This document shows, piece after piece, positions 57,841-64,000 of a stretch of DNA of 64,000 nucleotides. Source of the stretch: Prochlorococcus sp. AG-347-E03. Lineage in GTDB: Bacteria > Cyanobacteriota > Cyanobacteriia > PCC-6307 > Cyanobiaceae. The DNA is taken from assembly GCA_003279115.1 (NCBI GenBank), contig QCBG01000003.1, positions 52,569 to 116,568 of the forward strand, given 5' to 3'. Within the stretch, counting starts at the first letter, position 1. Each line of letters begins with the position of its first letter. The notes beneath the pieces were generated by a model. That model saw only the letters and a list, made by a program, of their open reading frames with translations. It did not search any database and was not told where the DNA came from. Made by a program: the position numbers and the translations under genes.

Positions 57841-58869
57841 TTAATCAAAAATATTGTTCTCCATACAGAATTTTTCTAACTCTTTATCATTAAACCAATC
57901 TTGAGGTTTTGTAAAAATTGATGTGAGAAATTCTTCTCTAGAATCACGTTCAGCTTTATATCCATACTCCCATCTGGCTAAGGGCGGTAATGACATTAAA
58001 ATTGATTCGGTTCTACCATTTGTTTGTAGTCCAAAAATTGTGCCTCTATCCCAAACTAAGTTAAATTCAACATATCTACCTCTTCGATAAAGCTGGAATT
58101 CTCTTTCCTTGGATGTATATTTTTTAGAAGCTCTTTTTTCAATAATGGGCAAATATGAAGGGAGGAACGCTTGCCCACAGTTTTCTGCTAGAGAAAATAA
58201 ATTATCCCAATTTAAATCCAATTTACCAATATTTTGTGAAGCTTTTGATGCCACTCCATTATGATTATTTCCTCTATATAAATTGCCAGAACCATCTTGA
58301 TAATCATAAAAAATACCTCCTATGCCTCTAGATTCATTTCTGTGCTTCAAAAAGAAATATTCATCACACCATGGTTTAAATACTTTATGCAAATCTTTAT
58401 CAACTTTCTCACAAGCTTTTTTATGTTCTCTATGAAAATTTCTCACATCAGCAAGATAAGGATAAAAAGGAGTTAAGTCTGCACCTCCGCCAAACCACCA
58501 AACAGGACCAGCCTCGAAATATCGATAATTCAGATGAACTGTAGGAATATAAGGATTATTAGGATGCAAAACCATAGAAGTTCCCGTAGCAAACCATTCA
58601 TGACCTTTAGCTTCGGGCCTTTGAGAGATTATAGATTGAGGTAATTCTTTTCCCTGAACTTCCGAGAAATTTACGCCTGCTTGCTCAAAAATAGAACCAT
58701 TTTTCAATACTCTTGATCTTCCACCGCCACCTTCGTCTCTTAGCCAAGATTCCTCTATAAATTTACCTTTGTCATCTACATTTTCAATTCCTGAACAAAT
58801 TTTGTCTTGTAGAGTTAATAAGAGATTTTTAGTTTTTTCTCTCGAGTTTTTTGGAGGTTCTTTCAACAT
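57841..58869 (-). CDS. hemF: Oxygen-dependent coproporphyrinogen III oxidase
   Basis: [46 protein letters not shown]. Confidence 0.98.
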   Translation of the reverse strand: MLKEPPKNSREKTKNLLLTLQDKICSGIENVDDKGKFIEESWLRDEGGGGRSRVLKNGSIFEQAGVNFSEVQGKELPQSIISQRPEAKGHEWFATGTSMVLHPNNPYIPTVHLNYRYFEAGPVWWFGGGADLTPFYPYLADVRNFHREHKKACEKVDKDLHKVFKPWCDEYFFLKHRNESRGIGGIFYDYQDGSGNLYRGNNHNGVASKASQNIGKLDLNWDNLFSLAENCGQAFLPSYLPIIEKRASKKYTSKEREFQLYRRGRYVEFNLVWDRGTIFGLQTNGRTESILMSLPPLARWEYGYKAERDSREEFLTSIFTKPQDWFNDKELEKFCMENNIFD

Positions 58870-59029
58870 GTATTTAGTAAATCTTGAAGAAAAAAATTTT
58901 TTTTGGTTAATTATAAGTTTCTCTTTATAATTTCTCTTAGGAGGACCTTATTGCTTATTATTTGATAGTTCGACATAGTTCTTAATCTTTTAAACAGTCG
59001 ACTACCTTGTCAAAATATTTAAAAATTTA

Positions 59030-60100
59030 ATGACCACAATAGAAGATGCGAATTTTGCTTTACAAAAAGTTCTAGATGCTGGATCACATAAAAATGTAAT
59101 TGAATTAGCTTGGATTAAAAATGTAAGAGTAACTATACCAAGAGTAATAGTAACATTATCATTACCATCGTTTGCAAATTCTCAAAGAGATAGAATTGTA
59201 CAAGAGGTTAGAGGGGTACTACTGGATTTTGAAGATATTAATGATGTTCAAATAGAGATAGATAATAATCCTTCCAAAACAGAATCTCAAAATCAAAGTA
59301 ATGCTCCTGAGTTGCAGAAGATTGATGGGATTCGCCATATAGTAGCTGTTAGCAGTGGAAAAGGTGGAGTTGGAAAAAGTACGATTGCAGTTAATCTTGC
59401 TTGTTCTTTGGCTAAATTAGGCTTAAAAACGGGGTTGCTGGATGCAGATATATATGGACCTAATACTCCCTCAATGATGGGAGTTGCCGAACAGAATCCA
59501 ACGGTTACAGAAGGTAGTGGCACTGATCAAAGGTTAATACCAATAAATAAATATGGAATTTCATTGGTATCGATGGGTTTCCTCATAGAAGAAGGTCAGC
59601 CAGTTATATGGAGAGGACCAATGCTTAATAGTATTATCAGACAATTTTTATACCAAGTTGAATGGAATAATCTTGATTTTTTGGTTATTGATTTGCCTCC
59701 AGGAACAGGAGATGCTCAAATATCCCTTTCTCAATCTGTGCCTATTTCTGGAGCTATAGTTGTTACTACTCCTCAACAAGTATCGTTGCAAGATGCAAGG
59801 AGGGGATTAGCAATGTTTAAACAACTAGGAGTACCTTTACTGGGAATTGTAGAAAATATGTCAGTATTTATTCCGCCAGATATGCCAGGTAAAAAATATG
59901 AAATTTTTGGTAAAGGTGGTGGACAAATATTAGCTAATGAAAATGACTTACCATTATTAGCTCAAATCCCTATTGAAATCCCTCTCGTTGATGATAGTAA
60001 TAAAGGTGTACCAATCTCAATAAGCCAGCCCAATAAAGAAAGTTCTATCGCATTTGATAATTTAGCTCAATTAATTAAGAATCAATTTTTGAATACTTAA
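59030..60100 (+). CDS. mrp: Mrp/ApbC/NBP35 family ATPase
   Basis: SGKGGVGKST, DADIYGP, WRGPM, DLPPGTGD, VTTPQ, VENMS. Confidence 0.94.
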   Translation: MTTIEDANFALQKVLDAGSHKNVIELAWIKNVRVTIPRVIVTLSLPSFANSQRDRIVQEVRGVLLDFEDINDVQIEIDNNPSKTESQNQSNAPELQKIDGIRHIVAVSSGKGGVGKSTIAVNLACSLAKLGLKTGLLDADIYGPNTPSMMGVAEQNPTVTEGSGTDQRLIPINKYGISLVSMGFLIEEGQPVIWRGPMLNSIIRQFLYQVEWNNLDFLVIDLPPGTGDAQISLSQSVPISGAIVVTTPQQVSLQDARRGLAMFKQLGVPLLGIVENMSVFIPPDMPGKKYEIFGKGGGQILANENDLPLLAQIPIEIPLVDDSNKGVPISISQPNKESSIAFDNLAQLIKNQFLNT

Positions 60101-61372
60101 TTGATGTTTAAGAGAATTTCTTTTTTAAATAAAAGAGGATTTTTACAAAAAAAAGACAACTTTAATAGAGGTTTTTTATTTTCTCCACTACTTATTATTC
60201 CCCTGATTCTAGTTATTATTTCAGGTTTATTGATAAAAAGTATTCAAGGTGATTTTTTAGTATCGAACTATTTAGGACATATTTTAACTGGTTTTTTAGG
60301 TTATTTATTAGCATTTTTTATTTCTTATATACCTTTAGAGAGAATTAGAAAGTATGTGCTTCCATTTTATTTGTGTACTTTAATATCCTTATTACTTATT
60401 TATTTTTTTGGAATTTCTGTTTCTGGAGCTCAAAGATGGCTAAACTTTGGCATCTTTTCTTTTCAACCTTCAGAGGTAGCTAAGCTTAGTACTGTATTAA
60501 CTCTTGCTTTGGTACTCGACAAAAAAATAATCCTAAAAATAAGAGATTTAGTATTGCCCTTATTTGTAGTAGTTATTCCTTGGTTATTAATTTTCTTTCA
60601 ACCGGACTTAGGGACCTCTTTAGTTTTAATTGTTTTGACAGGTGTAATGCTCTATTGGTCTCAAATGCCCATAGAGTGGATTTTAATATTAGTGTTTTGC
60701 ATTATCACATCAATATTATTTCTAACCTTACCAACTCTTCTTATTTTCTGGATTCCATTTATAGGATATCTTGCCTATAGATCTTCAAAAAAGAAAATTA
60801 TTTTTTCTGCTCTCGCTATTTCGTTCCATTTATTAGTGGCAAAATTTACACCAATTTTGTGGCAATATGGCTTAAAAGAATATCAAAAAGATAGATTAGT
60901 TTTATTTTTAGATCCAAGTAGAGATCCATTAGGTGGCGGATATCATTTGATACAGAGTAAAATTGCAATTGGTTCTGGAGGATTATTTGGGACTGGTTTG
61001 CTACAAGGTAAGCTGACTAATTTGCAATTTATCCCGGAACAACATACTGATTTTATATTCAGTGCTTTAGGGGAAGAATTAGGTTTTGTGGGTTGCGCTA
61101 TAGTTTTATTATTGTTCTTTTTTTTGATTAAAAAACTGATTAATACTGCAACAATTGCTAGGACTAACTTTGAATCTCTAATTGTAATTGGAATAGCCTC
61201 AACATTTTTATTTCAAATAATTATTAACTTATTTATGACTATTGGATTAGGACCAGTTACTGGGATTCCACTTCCTTTTATGAGCTATGGTCGAACGTCA
61301 TTGGTGACTAATTTTATATCTATTGGATTTGTTTTATCTATATTGAAACGTTCTAGATCGCTAAGAAATTAA
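60101..61372 (+). CDS. rodA: SEDS peptidoglycan glycosyltransferase RodA
   Basis: GAQRW, FQPSE, QPDLGT, IPEQHTDFIF, PVTGIPLPFMSYG. Confidence 0.93.
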   Translation: MMFKRISFLNKRGFLQKKDNFNRGFLFSPLLIIPLILVIISGLLIKSIQGDFLVSNYLGHILTGFLGYLLAFFISYIPLERIRKYVLPFYLCTLISLLLIYFFGISVSGAQRWLNFGIFSFQPSEVAKLSTVLTLALVLDKKIILKIRDLVLPLFVVVIPWLLIFFQPDLGTSLVLIVLTGVMLYWSQMPIEWILILVFCIITSILFLTLPTLLIFWIPFIGYLAYRSSKKKIIFSALAISFHLLVAKFTPILWQYGLKEYQKDRLVLFLDPSRDPLGGGYHLIQSKIAIGSGGLFGTGLLQGKLTNLQFIPEQHTDFIFSALGEELGFVGCAIVLLLFFFLIKKLINTATIARTNFESLIVIGIASTFLFQIIINLFMTIGLGPVTGIPLPFMSYGRTSLVTNFISIGFVLSILKRSRSLRN

Positions 61373-62736
61373 TGAAATCACAAATAACTATAAAAAAAAT
61401 TCAAAAGCTTTTGCTTAAAGGAGTTCAAACCATATATGTGGATGATGATACATCCAGAAGAATGTGGTGGGCTTCTTTAGAAGTTATTCAAAAAGATTTC
61501 CTTTCCCAGAATTATAAACAGGGGGGGATGTGGGTTGCCTCGCCTTTGCCGGCTTTTAATGATAAAAAATTTTTAAATCAACTTCATGGATGGCTTTGGT
61601 CCCCTGAAGGGTTCCCATACTTTCAAAATGAGAATGCAGGTTTTTTACCAGTTAATAATTCAGAAAAGATAAAAAAAGATTTCGATTTAGTTAGTAATTA
61701 TAAAGTCTTAAATCTTTGTCAAGAAGATGGCTATGAACCTTTTTTGATGATAATCACTCCAAATTTTCAATGTGTATTATCAATTGTAGGAGAAAAAGAT
61801 AAGAAAATTCTATTAATGAAGTGTGATGAAGAGAGCCTTAAACTCTCAATTGAATTAATGCATGCAAAATTAAATCAAGAAAATTATGAGGAAGGACTAA
61901 AATTTCGAAATGCAATCAATAATTTAGGTGACCTGAATATTAATAATCAATTTGAAAAATTATTTTGGCCAATATTATCGGCAAAATTAGCAAATATTAC
62001 GCCAAACCACAATATACAGAATTCTGTGAAAAATGATGAAAAAAATGTACAAATAACTGAAGCAAAATTATTACGAGCAATCTCTCATGAAGTAAGAACT
62101 CCTTTGGCAACAATAAGAACCTTAATAAGTTCTACTTTAAAAAAATATAAAATGGATGAATCAATGAGAAATCGTTTAATTCAAATAGATAATGAATGTA
62201 ATGAACAAATTGATAGGTTTGGTTTAATCTTTAATGCAGCAGAATTAGTTGGTAATGAAGTGCCATCATTGAATAACTTGGCGAAAATTAATTTAGCTGA
62301 AATTTTTAAAAAGCTTGCTCCTTTATGGAATAAACAATTAAACCGACGTGGTATTTCTTTGAAGATAGATATCCCCAAACAACTTCCACAAATTTTGAGT
62401 GATTCTGAAAAATTAGAATTAATGTTGAGAGGATTAATTGATAAAAATACTAGAGGATTAAAAGAAGGCAGTACATTAATTTTAGAATTAAGACCAGCTG
62501 GTCAAAAACTCAAACTTCAACTAAAAGTACAAAAATTAGATAACAATCAAAAAGAATTTCAAAAAAAAGATAACGGTTCTGATATTGGCCCAGTTTTAAA
62601 TTGGAACCCTCAAACTGGAAGTTTACAACTTAGTCAAAATGCCACTCAAAAATTGTTAGCTAGTTTAGGAGGGCATGTCACACAAAGACGAAATACAGGT
62701 TTGACAGTATTTTTCCCGATTTCAGATTCAAAATGA
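61372..62736 (+). CDS. hik2: Sensor histidine kinase, Hik2/CSK-like
   Basis: Soluble N-terminal sensor region, H-box SHEVRTPL, atypical ATPase domain (NPQTGSLQLS). Confidence 0.7.
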   Translation: MKSQITIKKIQKLLLKGVQTIYVDDDTSRRMWWASLEVIQKDFLSQNYKQGGMWVASPLPAFNDKKFLNQLHGWLWSPEGFPYFQNENAGFLPVNNSEKIKKDFDLVSNYKVLNLCQEDGYEPFLMIITPNFQCVLSIVGEKDKKILLMKCDEESLKLSIELMHAKLNQENYEEGLKFRNAINNLGDLNINNQFEKLFWPILSAKLANITPNHNIQNSVKNDEKNVQITEAKLLRAISHEVRTPLATIRTLISSTLKKYKMDESMRNRLIQIDNECNEQIDRFGLIFNAAELVGNEVPSLNNLAKINLAEIFKKLAPLWNKQLNRRGISLKIDIPKQLPQILSDSEKLELMLRGLIDKNTRGLKEGSTLILELRPAGQKLKLQLKVQKLDNNQKEFQKKDNGSDIGPVLNWNPQTGSLQLSQNATQKLLASLGGHVTQRRNTGLTVFFPISDSK

Positions 62737-62847
62737 AATAAAAAATAACTTCTTCATTTATTAAATAATGTAGAAACTTTCTTGTAAATTTTGAATTTTG
62801 TAAAATATGAATGCTAATTTCTTATTATAAATAACTCAAAATCTAGG

Positions 62848-63270
62848 ATGACGGAAACTTTAGTTGGTCAATTTCCAAAGCATATAGGAAGTACTGGGGG
62901 TTTATTAAACTCAGCTGAAACCGAAGAAAAGTATGCGATTGTATGGAATAGTTCAAAAGAACAAGCGTTTGAATTGCCTACAGGTGGTGCTGCTATTATG
63001 CATGAAGGTGATAACTTAATGTACTTTGCAAGAAAAGAACAATGTCTTGCACTAGGGACACAATTAAGAGCTTTCAAACCAAGAATTGAAGACTTCAAAA
63101 TTTATAGAATTTTCCCAGGTGGAGATACTGAATTTTTACACCCAAAAGATGGTGTTTTCTCTGAGAAAGTTAATGAGGGTAGAGAGAAAGTGGGTCATAA
63201 TCCTAGAAGAATAGGTGAGAATCCTAATCCAGCTGGTTTGAAATTCACAACTAAGAAAACTTTTGATTAA
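62848..63270 (+). CDS. psaD: Photosystem I subunit II
   Basis: [34 protein letters not shown]. Confidence 0.98.
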   Translation: MTETLVGQFPKHIGSTGGLLNSAETEEKYAIVWNSSKEQAFELPTGGAAIMHEGDNLMYFARKEQCLALGTQLRAFKPRIEDFKIYRIFPGGDTEFLHPKDGVFSEKVNEGREKVGHNPRRIGENPNPAGLKFTTKKTFD

Positions 63271-63329
63271 CTTCCTTAAAGTTGATTTAAAAGAGGAAAA
63301 TAATTATAATTTGGGTTGAAATTATTAAT

Positions 63330-64000
63330 ATGATCAGCTCACAGAAAGATAGTTTTTTAAAGGCTTACAAAGAAGGTAAAAATTTTATACCTATTATTCA
63401 AACATGGCCAGCAGATTTAGAAACTCCATTGTCGACTTGGTTAAAATTATCTTCAAAAGATTCCCATGGTGTTTTTCTTGAATCTGTTGAAGGTGGGGAA
63501 AGTTTGGGCAGGTGGAGTATTGTTGCTACTAAACCTCTTTGGGAAGCAGTTTGTTATGGAGAAGAAATAGTTAAAACTTGGAATAATGGCAAGACTGAAA
63601 CACATAAAGGGGATCCTTTTGATGTTTTAAGAAGTTGGACAAAGGAATATAAGTCAACCATGCTTGATGACTTACCATCAATTGGACAGTTATATGGCTC
63701 TTGGGGTTATGAATTAATAAATCAAATAGAACCAAGCGTTCCAATAAATGAAATAACGGAAAACAATATCCCTTATGGTTCCTGGATGTTTTTTGATCAG
63801 TTAGTTGTATTTGATCAAATAAAAAGATGTATTACTGCAGTGGTTTATGCAGATACAACTTCTTCAAAAAAATTTTCTATTGAAGAGTTATATCTAAACT
63901 CAATTTCTAAAATTCAGAAAACTAGAAATTTGATGAGAGTTCCTCTAAAAGAAAATCAGTTTTTAGATTGGAATGAAAATGAGAATTTGAATTTAGATCT
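63330..64000 (+). CDS. trpE: Anthranilate synthase component I, 5' part (runs off window end)
   Basis: Manual translation from ATG 63330: MISSQKDSF...WPADLETPLSTWLKL...FLESVEGGESLGRWS...GSWGYEL. Confidence 0.9.
   Translation, partial: MISSQKDSFLKAYKEGKNFIPIIQTWPADLETPLSTWLKLSSKDSHGVFLESVEGGESLGRWSIVATKPLWEAVCYGEEIVKTWNNGKTETHKGDPFDVLRSWTKEYKSTMLDDLPSIGQLYGSWGYELINQIEPSVPINEITENNIPYGSWMFFDQLVVFDQIKRCITAVVYADTTSSKKFSIEELYLNSISKIQKTRNLMRVPLKENQFLDWNENENLNLD

Noticed and set aside
62737-62847. TTTACA-like half-sites upstream of psaD (also near psaC, the sigma factor and srrA)
   Set aside because: Spacing does not fit the HLR1 direct repeat; such hexamers are common in AT-rich spacers

Overview
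AT-rich, gene-dense core-genome segment of a marine picocyanobacterium, most consistent with a high-light Prochlorococcus marinus. The basis is psbZ, psaC, psaD, ndhS, ho1-pebA-pebB, the panC-cmk fusion, very short spacers and Lys/Asn/Ile-rich proteins. It runs from the 5' part of mutS to the 5' part of trpE and holds about 60 CDSs, including secA, cysE, plmA, infC, miaA, gyrB, a fluc pair, mgtE, a group 2 sigma factor, ahcY, ssb, mreBCD, lysS, smpB, ruvB, thiC, tkt, fabF, acpP, glmS, rimM, rnc, glgP, icd, purM, hemF, mrp, rodA and hik2. It also has three tRNAs (Gly-GCC, Arg-CCT, Cys-GCA), the RNase P RNA and a TPP riboswitch. I saw no mobile element, prophage, CRISPR array, defence island or large repeat system, and I cannot support a novel multi-gene system here. 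The best leads are small-scale: a clamp-binding-like motif on a MutS N-terminal extension, an Mrp/ApbC lacking its Fe-S cysteines, a compact rnpB/tRNA-Arg bidirectional promoter with a terminator-like perfect 18-bp P3 helix and rnc just downstream, an eroded TPP riboswitch, a degenerate antiparallel Fluc pair, an orphan DUF1537 acid-sugar kinase, and several uncharacterised small proteins. All calls come from motif recognition by eye; no database searches were run.
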